A DNA stretch of 64,000 bases from Eledone cirrhosa (lineage: Eukaryota). Positions within the stretch are counted from its first letter, which is position 1; the number at the start of each line of letters is the position of its first letter. A program made the position numbers and the translations under genes. Below the pieces are notes generated by a model. The model saw only the letters and a list, made by a program, of their open reading frames with translations, searched no databases and was not told the DNA's origin. Positions 26,146 through 38,650 of the stretch are shown piece after piece. The DNA lies in assembly GCA_964016885.1 (NCBI GenBank), contig OZ024742.1, positions 63,674,001 to 63,738,000 on the forward strand, written 5' to 3'.

Positions 26146-26917
26146 AGTTATAATATTAAATTATTTACTCTTCATCTAAAGGACATAGACTTTACTCACT
26201 CACTACCTCCGACTCTCTCGCTCTCCCCATCACTCACTATTATAAGCAAATGGGGGCCCACGCGCTGGCCGCCCGGCGGCCCCGGATGACAGAACAGAGA
26301 AAGCGTTTCTCCGGAGGATAGTGAGGGAGACGCGTTGGAAAAAGCCATTCCAGATCGCGGGGTTAGCCAACTCTGTGCCGATGGTATCTCTTTATATTAT
26401 TTTCGTACGGCAATATTATGCAGACATATCAATCGTTGTATCCTTGATCTCTGTTACATATTTACATTACTCAGTCTTTTCTTATGCTTTCCATGCTTTG
26501 TATAGATACCCATAGTATCATATTTGCTGGTTTTAGAAACTTTTCAATGAATATACAAATATTTTCATTTACAAAATACAAATACTTCGGTTTCAATTCA
26601 GCAATTCTTTTTTCATTAAGAATGTTTATTGTTTGCTTTGTTTTGTTTTTGTTGTTATTTTTTAACTGGATACATATTTCTATTTTTCATCTTTTGACCT
26701 TGGAATGAAAACGACTGAAATATTAAAGCACATTCTACCCTTCCGGAAAGAAACATGGTCAGACTTTGATCCTGAAACTAATTGCCTGTTTGCATTAGGT
26801 TGGCAGGACAAGCTTAATACTGTGCTGCAAGAGTACTGAAATGGCGAGAGACAAGTTACCAACTATTCCGCCGCTTATCATAGAAAAGTAGTTGAACGTG
26901 AAATGAAACTGCAAGGC

Positions 26918-27009
<92 letters not shown>

Positions 27010-27141
27010 GTTTAACAAGGTTCAATGAATTCATCAATGAATAAAGTTTCACAATAGATTATAAGCACTCTACAAGGAGGTTTTCTGGAGTTTTCAGGAT
27101 ATAATATAAAAATAATATAAAAAATAATATTGAATATCTAG

Positions 27142-27246
27142 ATAATTGTTTCTACTTTAGGCACAAGGCCAGCAATTACCCAGTGCATTACTGGTACTTT
27201 ATTTTATCGACCCCGTAAGGATGAAAGGCAAAGTCAACCTCGGCGA
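27142..27246 (-). mobile_element. tRNA-derived SINE, 3' half
   Basis: Near identical to the 3' half of 62982-63172. Confidence 0.85.
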
Positions 27247-27639
27247 CTAATTCGAATTATAAATTAGGTAAAAATACGAATAACATTATAGCGAGATTAC
27301 TGGTTGTTGGTGAATGTAACAAAACGAGACATGGTTTGTGTATATAATATTTAATTAACGGTAGATAGAATACTTGACATGTCAAAGATAGATGTTAGAA
27401 TGAAACAAAGTTAGTAGTTACCGTTTTGATTGCCAGGCAAACGCGGCTGGCAGAGGGCGCCTGGCTAAGGCCAGGCGCCTGTTGGCCAAATTAATGGCAG
27501 AGCCAAATGAGAAGACTCTTGACCTGGTGCCGAAAAGGCAAAGAGAGAGAGGAAGCTTAAAGTTGTTAGTTTTATAGGGCTCTGACCGGAAGTTGCAGAA
27601 AGGGTTCCACCTCCCGTCTAGATCCCAATCAAAACAAGG

Positions 27640-29323
27640 GAGACAACCGCTACAACATAAATAACGCGGACTCTAAAAATTATTTAAATATAAATAAAAA
27701 TGATAATGTCGTGAATAAATCTCGGAAGAAAATCAGAACCAAAGCAGTGATTTGGTATGCACCTCCCGCATCTTTAGCTATCAAAACACCCCTGGCAAAT
27801 TTATTCTTTAAGGCTTTAGATAAATGCTTTCCCAGTACACATAAATACCATTCTATATTCAATAGACATACAATTAAGCTATCATACTCAACAACTATGA
27901 ATATGGCACAGAACATTGCAAAAATAAATAGTAGAATTTTAAATCGTAACCAACAAACAATTAGGGATAATGGCAATATTAACATTAGCAACAATATTGA
28001 TACTGTGAATAACAATAACATTAACTTAAGCACTCACAACAGAACACCTTCATCTATTAGCAATGATAACGTGTTCAGTTTAAATTATAATAATAACAGT
28101 AAATCGAAATGTAACTGTAGAAATAGATCGAATTGCCCTTTGCAAAATAATTCTCTTGATAAGAACCTAGTTTATAAATGTACTGTTAAAGCAAATAACA
28201 TCACCTACAACTATATAGGAGCAACCTCATCGAGCTTTAAATTAAGATATTCGAATCACAAGCACTCTTTTTCGAATCCGGATAAGAAATTTTCCACTTC
28301 TTTTTCACAACTCATATGGACAAAAATTTACAGTACTCAATATTTTGGTCAAAACTCTGTAATAGCCAAGTCTACATTTATTCATCCGTATCACCTAACT
28401 GCAATCTTTGTGATATGGAGACCCTATTAATAATTACTAATTATGATAACTTAATTAACAAAAAAGTGAATTATTCTCAAATTGCACAAAGCTACATCTC
28501 CATTCCAAGCTTCACAAAAAATCAAGAAAAAACATTGAATAAATGTGAAATGATTTAGACGTTTATTAATAACTGAGTGTGAAACAATATTGTCTCAGAT
28601 TAAAAATTCTTGTAATGCTTTTATTATTTATACTATTATTAATATTAGATTAAGGGTTTCTACCTTAACATTGAAAGTGTTAACCTGATCTCTTGTTGAG
28701 TACGTATGACCTTTACATTGTTTAAATACAGTAAAATCTAGTTGAATTAAATTTATAACACTCTCAACAGAAATTATACTACATATAAGTGAATAATATC
28801 GTCTTAAACCTTAAAATTTATAGTCTATATATAAATTATATAAATGTGTATATCTAGATTATCTGGTTTAATAATATCTTATTAGATACATTTATAATGC
28901 TTTATGACTTATTAATAACATTTTAATTTTAAGGGTTTTTTTTTACTAATATATTGATTATATTCTTGATTTTAATATACTTTTAAATATACTTGTGAAT
29001 ACCTTTGGAGTTATGATGGACATAAATTTATCTCTTTCACGTTACATTTGCTTGAACTCAGATATAATACAATAATATAAATCCTTTAAAATTTTATAGT
29101 CTAAAATCTTAGGTTATTTGATTAATTGACTATTTTCAATTAACTTAAGATTTGAAAATAAACGGTCACTAAATTATAACCATCAACATAGTCAAGGTAT
29201 GTCAAGCATCAACTTATTTTATCTGATGAGGACGTACTGTTAAAATAGCTAAAGTATCTCTGAAATATGTATAATAAAATATATTTGATCACATGAATGT
29301 CTATATTTATTAATATTTTGAAG

Positions 29324-29325
<2 letters not shown>
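27640..29325 (+). mobile_element. 5'-truncated PLE (linker, GIY-YIG, AT-rich pLTR)
   Basis: IWYAPP...KCFP...IFNRHTIKLSYS...CNCRNRSNCPL...LVYKC...YIGATSSSFKLRYSNHKHSF; frameshift before CNLCDME; HHR at 29215. Confidence 0.85.
29215..29281 (+). ncRNA. Type I hammerhead ribozyme with long stem II
   Basis: tattttat CTGATGA ggacgtact...agtatctct GAAA tatg TA taataaaat. Confidence 0.65.
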
Positions 29326-29361
<36 letters not shown>

Positions 29362-29463
29362 TTAGGTTAATAGGAGTTAGGTATTGTATACCCGTGTTAC
29401 GTAAGGAAGAAACATTGTAAGCCAATAAAAATCTTTTGATGTTGTAGACGCTCTTGTGTTCTT

Positions 29464-29515
<52 letters not shown>

Positions 29516-29554
29516 ATAATATTAATAAATGAAAACTATCTTTATAAAACCATA

Positions 29555-29612
29555 CTTATTTTATTATATTTAATGGTACCAAAATTTTGGTACGCTCTCA
29601 TCAGATAAAATA
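29555..29612 (-). ncRNA. Degenerate hammerhead of a related pLTR family
   Basis: tattttat CTGATGA gagc gtaccaaa at tttggtac catt AAA tata ataaaata; GAAA is damaged. Confidence 0.45.
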
Positions 29613-29679
29613 CAAAAGTTGTTTTATAGATAGTGACATATCCAAAAACAAGAACTTATCGTTTTAAGTTCTGTTTGAA

Positions 29680-29850
29680 TAGTATATATGTATATATATA
29701 GTACATATATATATAGTATATGTATATATATATAGTATATATATATATATATAGTATATATATAGTATATATATATATAGTATATATATAGTATATATAT
29801 ATATATAGTATATATATTATATAGTATATATATAGTATATATATTATATA

Positions 29851-29906
<56 letters not shown>

Positions 29907-30022
29907 TATATATAGTATATATATATATATATATAGTATATATATATATAGTATATATATATATATAGTATATATATTATATAGTATATATATATATATA
30001 GTATATATATAGTATATATATA

Positions 30023-30068
<46 letters not shown>

Positions 30069-30102
30069 TATATATATATGTATATATTTATATATATAGT
30101 AT
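29680..30102. repeat. Compound (TA)n / (TAG TATA) microsatellite
   Basis: Directly visible. Confidence 0.95.
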
Positions 30103-30104
30103 AC

Positions 30105-33100
30105 CATCATCATCATCATCATTTTACGCCCGCTTTTCCCTGCTTGCAAGGGTTGGACGGGTCCTATTAAGCACAGCATCCCTCCACTTGTCACGGTCCT
30201 TCGTCATCTCGGTGAGTTTCAGCGATCTGAGGTCTGCTCTTACGACCTCCGCCCATGTTTTTCGTGGTCTACTAATACTGCGTCTTCCCTCCACTGGGAC
30301 TTCCTGGCACTTCTTCACCCAGCGGTCATCCTCCATGGCATCACATGTCTACACCATCTCAGCCTTCTCTCCTGCACTCCACAACTTATCCCTCTTATAC
30401 CCAGTTTCTTTCTTAACGCGTCTATGCTTGGTCGCACATTGACATTGCACATCCAACGGAGCATACTTGCTTCATTTCTCTCGAGCCGTCGCATCTCACA
30501 CAGGCATCATATAACCGCCCTTTCGTACGCAGGGAGAAACCTTTCTTTGTCAACAGAGGAAGCAGCTCCCTAAACTTCATCCAACCCGTCCTTATTCTAG
30601 ATACTATGGCCTCGGAACACCCCCTCCCATGCTAATCTGATCGCCTAGGTACCGGAAGCTATCAACCACTTGAACCCACCAGAACCCACCTCCATGGGAA
30701 AAATGAGTATCACAGCGATTACTACTGCCAACTTTCTTTGTACATCTACTGCATACGTAGTTTTCCCTACCAGTTAGTTTGCCTGCTATCCCGCTACATC
30801 TCTTGTGTACCCAAGATCTGCATTGCGTACATTTTATGGAATGTATGCCAGTTCCTTTCCTACATATCAAACATGGCCATTTCCCTGATGGAATCAGAGT
30901 ATTGTCCTCTCTTCTACTTATCAACACTTTTGTTTTAGCTATCTTCACTCTCAGCCCCCTTGATTCCAACTGCTGTTTCCATAGCCAGAATTTATTCTCT
31001 AGCTCCTCTACTGATTCTGCTATAAGAACCAGATCATCAGCATAGAGAAGTTCCCATGGGCATCCAGTCTTAAACTCTTCTGTTAGGGCTTGGAGGACTA
31101 TAATGAACAAGAGTGGGCTGAGGACCGAACATTGATGTACACCTACTTGTATCTGGAATTTCTCACTAAACTCATTCCTATTCTCACTTTACTGACAGAA
31201 CCCCTGTACATAGCTTGCACTGTCTTCACAAGCCATTCGTCTACACCTAGTTTCCTTATGGACCACCAGATAACAGATCAGGGTACCCTATCAAAGGCTT
31301 TCTCTAGATCAACAAAAGCTAAGTATAGTGGCTTATCTTCTCTAAGAACCTCTCTTGTAGTTGCCTCACTAAGAAAAGGGCATCTGTTGTACTTTTCCGA
31401 GGCACAAAACCAAACTGCATCTCATCTAAATTGACACTTTCTCTAATCAGTTGCGCTAATATTCTCTCTGCCACTTTCATAACCTGATCCATCAGCTTTA
31501 TGCCCCTATAACTGTTCCTCTCTAGAGCATCCCCTTTACCTTTGTAGCAATTTATGAGAATACTGCTGCACCAGTTTTTGGGTATGACACCACCATATAT
31601 AATTTGATTAATGATGCGTGCAACTAGTTTAGTGCCTACTTCTCCTGATGCCTTCAGCATCTCAGCAACTATCCCCGACGGTCCAGCAGCCTTACCATTC
31701 TTCATTTCATTAATTGCCTCTTGTACCCTATATTCGTTAATCTCAATAGCTGGTCCCTCTGTCGGGTCTACTGGGGGTAATTCCTCTCTGTTCCATTCGT
31801 TCTCTACATTCATCAGTCTCTCATAACAACATTTCCAGGCCTCCTTCTTTTGATCATTCGTAACACTAAGTACACCGGCATCATTCCGGACACATTTATC
31901 TCCAACAACATCCTCATTTGCATTGACACACTGCCTTGCAATGTGGAACACCGCACACCTCTGATCTTCCCGTCGCAGAACATTGGCAAACCTCCTACTC
32001 TCAGCCTCCCTGCGTGCTAAGTACACTTGACGTCTAGCTTCTCTCTTAGCGGCTGTGTATCCGTCTCTACTCCCACCATTTTCCCAAGCTTTCCATGCCA
32101 GTCTTTTGTCTCTAATGGCCCTATCTACCGTGCTGTTCCACCACTAGGTCACTCTCTCTCTCTGGTTGAAGCTCTGCCTCAACCACAAGTTTCTTCAGTA
32201 GCCTGCAGTAAGTTGTCACACAAGAAATTCCAGTTATCATCTATGTCATACCACTCTAAATCGTCTTCTTTTTCGTCGTACACATCTTGAAGGGCTTTGC
32301 TAAATTTATATTTTAATGAAAGGTCTTTTAGCTTCCAGACCTTTCTTTTCCACACTTTCCTGTATGTCTCATTCTTTCTCTTGCTTACTGAGATGTCACT
32401 AATGACTAACCTATGCTCTGGGGTACATTCTTCCCCAGGGTATGCCTTAGTATTTGACACTATCTGTCTGTCTGATTGATATGTTATTAGGTGGTTGGTA
32501 GGCTTCTGGAAGTTAGTGTTGCAAATGGTTAGTGCATTTGCATCACAAAACTCAAGAAGCCTCACTCCTTCTTCATTTCTTGAGCCGTAACCGTGCCCAC
32601 CATGTACCCCAGTGTATCGATCCTGGGGTTGTCCAACATGTCCATTGAAGTCTCCTGCTAGCATAACGATGTCTCTGTCCTCTGTCATTGAGGCTGTTTG
32701 TAAACGTTGCTCGTAAAAGCAGTCTTTCTCTTCTTTACCTAGGCCCGCCTGGGGAGCATAGGTAGAGGTAATTGTCTGTAGTCTCTTGCCTACAACTAAC
32801 CTAAGCTTAATAATTCTATTACTAACTCTAACTACCTCTATTGTCTTATTGATCCATTTCTCAGCCAGTAATATGCCCACCCCACCTAACCCATCATCAT
32901 CATCATTACCCACCTAGAAAAGCTTATAACTACGATGTTTGCCTGCGATTAGTCTTGCAGAGGCACCTCTCCATCTCACCTCTTGCACACAGCACACATC
33001 CACATGCTTTCTCTCCAGCATCTCCGCTATCTCACCAGATCTACCTGTTAGTGCCAACATTAAGTGTGGCAACTCTGAGATGTGACGTCCCGTTCTTTTT

Positions 33101-33690
33101 CCTGTAGTGCGATTGCTTGATGACGGCCGGGGGGTTCTCGCACATGGCCGCACCAGCCACCCCACTACCGTACGCAGCCGTAACATGGTTAATGTTATTG
33201 TTGTTGACGCAGTTGTTGCAATTCTTATTTGTTGTGCTCATAATTTTGGCATTTATTATACTGGTTGGATGCCCTTCCTAACACCAGCACCACTTTACAG
33301 CATGGACTGGGTGCTTTTATTCGTGCCACCAGCACTAGAGAGTTGACTTACTGGACTCAGGGGCCCTCTTTACCGCTCCATTTTACAGCATGGACTAGGT
33401 GCTTTTATTCGTGCCACCAGCACTAGAGAGGTTGTCTTACCGGACTCAGGGGCCCTATCCACCCCTCCATTTTACAGCATTGACTGGGTGTTTTTATTCG
33501 TGCCACCAGCACTAGGGAAGTTGCCTTACTGGACTTAGCTCTCCTAGACGAGTTGCCTACATTACGGCTTACGAAGCCTCCGTCTGCCCCTTATCTGTTC
33601 TATGATATATTCACGAGGAAGTGGTTAGCATAAAGCGTCGGACATGTATACCGAATGTGGTGGAGGTGGGGTGGTTGGTAAGTGAGAACA
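30105..33690 (-). mobile_element. Near full-length RTE-clade LINE (AP endonuclease plus RT), frameshifted
   Basis: LRVATLNVGT, DVCCVQEVRW, YAPQAG, GDFNGHVG, GKAAGPSG, QFGFVP, WELLYADDLVL, PHD-like C..C...C..C..WVHKRC; (GAT)n tail; about 90-bp triplicated 5' UTR at 33290-33540. Confidence 0.92.
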
Positions 33691-33809
33691 GTAATGGCTG
33701 ATACATAGAATTTTTAACACAGCTGCAAATCACGGCATTCAGCACGTTTAGAGATATAACGGAAATCTTGTGACACATAATGGCTGATACATAGAATTAT
33801 AAATATAAA

Positions 33810-33872
<63 letters not shown>

Positions 33873-33891
33873 ATAAATGTGTGTGTGTGTG

Positions 33892-33982
<91 letters not shown>

Positions 33983-33998
33983 ATATATATATATACAC

Positions 33999-34572
33999 AT
34001 TCTGTTCACATGCCAACACAAGAGCAAGAATGAAGAGTTCATTCTACTGACATGGCTATAAAATTGAGGCTTGCTTGCATAATTGCAAACGAATCAAATG
34101 TTATTATTAATATTCGAAAAAATTCAGATTACATTTATCGTATTCAGCCATGTAGAGCGAAAATTTTCTTTTTTATTTGAATTTGGCAAAGCCGGCCATT
34201 TACCGCTCGTATACAGGAAACTGACTGGCCAGTCTGCTGATATGCAAATTTGGCTGCTCAGTGGATCTGCTAATATCAGATCTGACTGATCAGCCAGTCT
34301 GCTAATATGCAAATCAGGTCGATCAGTCACTGTTTATTTTTGAAAATAGCATATATTTTCACTAGCTCTGACAGTTTGGCAGGTGAACAGTGAGCTGTAC
34401 TGATGAAGGGTGATACCCAGAAACATTAGTGTCTGCAATTCTGTTCACATGCCAACACAAGACCAAGAATGAGGAGTTCATTCTACTGACATGGCTATAA
34501 AATTGAGGCTTGTTATTCTTAATATTCGAATGTTATTCTTAATATTCGAAAAAACTCAGATTACATTTATCA
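33999..34572 (+). mobile_element. Non-coding retrozyme-like / PLE pLTR partial tandem
   Basis: Direct repeat starting at 33999 and 34438 (439-nt period) with an HHR just before the second copy; flanked by (TA)n. Confidence 0.75.
34396..34437 (+). ncRNA. Type I hammerhead ribozyme
   Basis: tgta CTGATGA a gggt gat accc a GAAA cattagtg TC tgca; outer helix ttggcaggtgaacag / ctgttcacatgccaa. Confidence 0.8.
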
Positions 34573-34964
34573 TATATATATCAACTAGAAATCGATTGAC
34601 ATATATATATATATACAAAGGAGAAGATTTAATTATCTGTGTTTACACAGCAAATGTAAATCTGTGAATGATTGGAAGCACGTGTTGCATTTAAAAAAAA
34701 AAATACACACATCCTACCAGCGTCACCCCAGTGGCGTGAATAGGATTATCGACAGCTAGAGATCTTCTCCTTTGCTGACGATCCGGAATTTGATTACTGC
34801 GATTTACCGATTGATGGTTAAATATATTTCTTTATTTAATGAAATATATACTAATGAGATTAATAATTTTTAAAAGGTATCTTTATTTGAAGTTCTCGTT
34901 AAACTTTAATTAGTTACCTACCTAGCTGTGTGTGTTACACTCTTTACAAATAATCCCCTGTGAT

Positions 34965-35027
<63 letters not shown>

Positions 35028-35141
35028 AATCGATTTCTAGTTGATATAAATGCTCGGATCTATTCATTGGAATCCTTGAGCATATTCTACGGAGGTTATG
35101 GCACATGTCTCTCAGATATGACATCCTTAATTTAATTTCGG

Positions 35142-35191
<50 letters not shown>

Positions 35192-35282
35192 CAAAGGAAT
35201 TGTGGTAAGGAACCAGATGGACCATAACGCACCAGAGTACTCAAAACTTAGGGTAGTAGAGTGGGAAATAGGAAAAAGTATA

Positions 35283-35379
35283 ACCCCGACGGGAGAGCTC
35301 AAGCCGTTTCGACGGCTATTTCTGGACTAAATTAGAATTTTTAGCATGGTGAATAAATAGCCGAACTTGTCAAGGGGGT
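35283..35379 (-). ncRNA. Hammerhead ribozyme, U3-A8 core variant
   Basis: cccc TTGACAA gtt cggctattt...aaatagccg tc GAAA cggc ttgagctct cccg TC gggg. Confidence 0.65.
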
Positions 35380-37046
35380 ACTTCCTTATATGGGAAGATT
35401 GTAGTTGTCAAGAGGATTGGCTAAACTTAGTTGTAAACACAAATAAGTCTATCATGGCATTTGCTGGGAGGTAGGGGTGGCTGAACTTGCCTGTAGAACA
35501 ATAAGGGAGTGAGTGAAGCGGTCAAGCGTTGAAAGTGATATGAGCAGATATTCGACGAACACGCGCCTCATTACAACCAGGCCCTCAAGCGGAGTGGCTT
35601 CCGGGAGGAAATATCCTTTTATCCAGCTTCCCTTAGCGGAACCATCAGGCGACACCGCCGCTCACGCAACGTAACGTGGTTCAATCCTTCCCATAATGCC
35701 GAGGTGGCAACACCTATCGGGAAAATCTTCTTTAGGCTCCTCGAAAAACACTTCCCACTACAACACCGCTACCACAACATAATCAACAAAAACACCATCA
35801 AACTCTCCTACAGCACCACACCTAACTTCGCACAAAACATCGTCTCCTAAAACAACAAAAAACTCAACCCCTATGGAAGAAATAACCTAGACATCAGTGG
35901 AGAGCCGACCAGGTGGTGTAACTGCCCTGATAGATCTACGTGCCCTCTCAACAACAAATGCCGAGAACGTAACGTGATCTACCAGTGCAACGTGAGGACG
36001 GACACCTCCAACAAAGCTTATATAGGATTAACCGCGTGTGACTTCAAGACCCGGCTCTACCAACACCGACATACTTTCTGAAACCCAGTTCGGCGACATG
36101 CCACTACATTTTCGGGCCACATCTGGGACCTCCAAGTTAATAATATAACCTACAATCTCACTTGGAGCTTACTATCCAGAGCTAACTATTACACGGGAGG
36201 ACGCCGTCCGTGTAACTTATGCTCGCAGGAAACATTACAAATGCTGTTTTCGAAGGACCAACTCCTAAACAAGAAAGACGAACTGGTAACCGCATGTAAA
36301 CACAGATTGCGTAGGACTTACCTCGCCCTTAAACCCCATAACGACCCGGGTGGGTAGACAAGGGCTGATACCCCCTCCCCACTTGCCGAATAAGTTAGGG
36401 CAAACCCCATCTTACTTAGGTAGATGTATCTCTTTTCTTTTCTTTTCCTCTTTGTCTTCTTCCCCCTGTCTCATCCTATCACTTCCTTCCACCCCCTATT
36501 TTCTTCCTCGTCTGCTTTTCCCCTTTCGCCTACCCCGATGCAGCCCATTGGGCCTCTGTAGCATCAGTTCTCCCACCCCTGTAATTTTAAGATAGAATTG
36601 GCCGAATACGTTTTACTAACTACTTATAGCAGACGTGTTAAACCCCTTTAATTTTGTATCAGTTCTGGTACTACTCAATTTCTACAAGTTTTTTCTATTC
36701 TCAACTTATTAACCTGTAATTATAAGATAGCATTGAGATTTTTTTAATTCATTTCTCACTATCTAATTTTATATATTTTTTTATTTATTTCTATTATCTT
36801 TTATTGTCTCCTACTCTCATTCGATTTACCTATTCTATAACCTCCCTCCTCCACTTCATACACTATCCTTAGAATCTGCTGTATACATATCACTTTCAAC
36901 GCTTGTCCGCTCCACTCACTCCCCTACTGTTCTACAGGCAAGTTCAGCCACCCCTACCTCCCACCAAATGCCATGATAGACTTATTTGTGTTTACAACAA
37001 ATTTTAACCAATCCTCTTGACAACTACAATCTTCCCATATAAGGAA

Positions 37047-37150
37047 GTACCCCCTTGAAAAGTTCGGCTATTTATTCACCAGGCTAAAAATTCTAATTTA
37101 GTCCAGAAATAGCCGTCGAGACGGCTTGAGCTCTGCCGTCGGGGTCATAC
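37047..37150 (+). ncRNA. Hammerhead ribozyme, U3-A8 variant (GAAA changed to GAGA)
   Basis: cccc TTGAAAA gtt cggctattt...aaatagccg tc GAGA cggc ttgagctct gccg TC gggg. Confidence 0.6.
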
Positions 37151-37187
37151 TTTTTCCTATATATATATATATATATATATAGATAGA

Positions 37188-37307
37188 TGAGTGTGTGTGT
37201 GTGTGTGTCTATGACCAGTGTATCTAGATCACAGGCACCTATATATATATATATAGGTGCCTGTGATCTAGATACACTGGTCATAGACACACACACACAC
37301 ACACTCA
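37188..37307. repeat. Perfect 120-bp palindrome centred on (TA)8
   Basis: Arms are exact reverse complements; the ORF track gives the same peptide on both strands. Confidence 0.9.
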
Positions 37308-38099
37308 CATATATATATACAACACCACCAACAGCTCTCTATCTCTCTTTTCCATTCTCCTTCTCTGTCTCTTCTCCCTCTCTCTCTCTATGTCTCTCTT
37401 TCAATTTACTCTCTCACAACCACTATCTCTTTCTCTCTATCCTTCTCTTTGTCTGTTTATGAAGGTACCCGGAAAAACCCCATATCTCGGGACCCGTTCT
37501 CCGATTTACGCGAAACTTGTTTTTTTTCCATTTGTAACCTCATTTCAGGGTCAACTTCCGTACAAAGTATTTTCTCATTATGCGCCCTTGTGGCTGTATT
37601 ACATTACAGACAAGCAAACAAGCAATCACAGAGTTTTAGTAGTATATAGATAAAGGTATAGATATTTTAAAGAAGCGCAATTGTTTCTGCATCATCCTCA
37701 AGTACTTATTATTCGTGGAAAATAACGCCAAACATTGTGGGAAATTATGTTAACTGGCTGTATTTGGTAATTCATAAGGATTCATCCTGTTTTTCAACTT
37801 CACTTACTGAACTAATACACGGGGAAAAGATTATTGTATCTATCAATAAAAATAAGAGACCGGACGAAAACCAAGTTTTCTCTGTAAAAATTAATAAAGG
37901 ATACATTCCTTGGGAATTTACTCTTGGAGGTGTCTCAACACTTTTAATACCAACCCGCCTGAAACGGCCCTCATTTCTGTCTTAAAGTGTTTATATTCAT
38001 CTAAAACTTTCCATCAAGATTTTATGTGAGAACCTTTGTTGACTTTATGATCCAAACACCAGCTTATTTCAATAGAATGCATACAAATACAATTTACGG

Positions 38100-38650
38100 G
38101 AGAAATCACGCGCATTCTCAATCACAAGCGACAGAGGCGCTTGTTTCCCTCAAATAATTTTTGAGGCAAGCATTGCCGCAGTGATAGGGATTCTAAGATG
38201 CTGGAATAACAAAGCACCTCCACTAAGTGCATCACATGATATGTTGGTAAGGCGAGCTGCCAATAATGTCAAGAACTTTGTTGCCAGCGGCCCAGCTACC
38301 CCAAAAGTCTTGAACGTCACAAGCCGGATAAAATAGTTTGCCGATAAGTCTTGTTATTTTAGAATTTTATTCTATTCGACTATGGATTCAGTTACCCTTG
38401 CTTTCGTTCAGCATCCAGGATGTAGGGAGGAACAAAAAGTCGCTAACTGTGGCGTCTCAAATGACACATCTACCTCTTACTAAGAGATACAGTGTAAGGC
38501 CATCTGGTCTCTCCCCATCAACCCTGAACAATTTAGCTGGCACCAAAATTGCAGGGATTTTGACACGAGCCAGGGCCCACTTGATGATTAGGTTCAGCTC
38601 GGTATGACGAATGAAGTGATATGTGTTCAAATTGCAAGACAATCCATGAT
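38100..38650 (-). mobile_element. CRE/R2-type RLE domain remnant
   Basis: HTELNLIIKWALARVKIP...DGERPDGLTL...GRCVI*DATVSD. Confidence 0.7.

Larger units (their letters stand above)
35190..37160 (+). mobile_element. 5'-truncated PLE with long inverted pLTR
   Basis: Inverted repeat about 35268-35542 / 36887-37160; interior encodes WFNP...KHFP...NTIKLSYS...CNCPDRSTCPL...VIYQC...YIGLTACDFKTRLYQH...CNLC...LLNKKDEL with stops. Confidence 0.88.

Noticed and set aside
26247-26383. Plus-strand exon or Tc1 HTH-like peptide GRPAAPDDRTEKAFLRRIVRE
   Set aside because: Weak resemblance, no TIR or DDE domain nearby, weak donor; the minus-strand reading is at least as plausible.
26738-26778. Additional minus-strand exon (SKSDHVSFRKG)
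   Set aside because: Phase-compatible but has a weak polypyrimidine tract and a poor donor (gtagaa).
29844-30194. [11 protein letters not shown] and CVCVC ORFs in the ORF track
   Set aside because: These are translations of (TA)n and (CA)n microsatellites.
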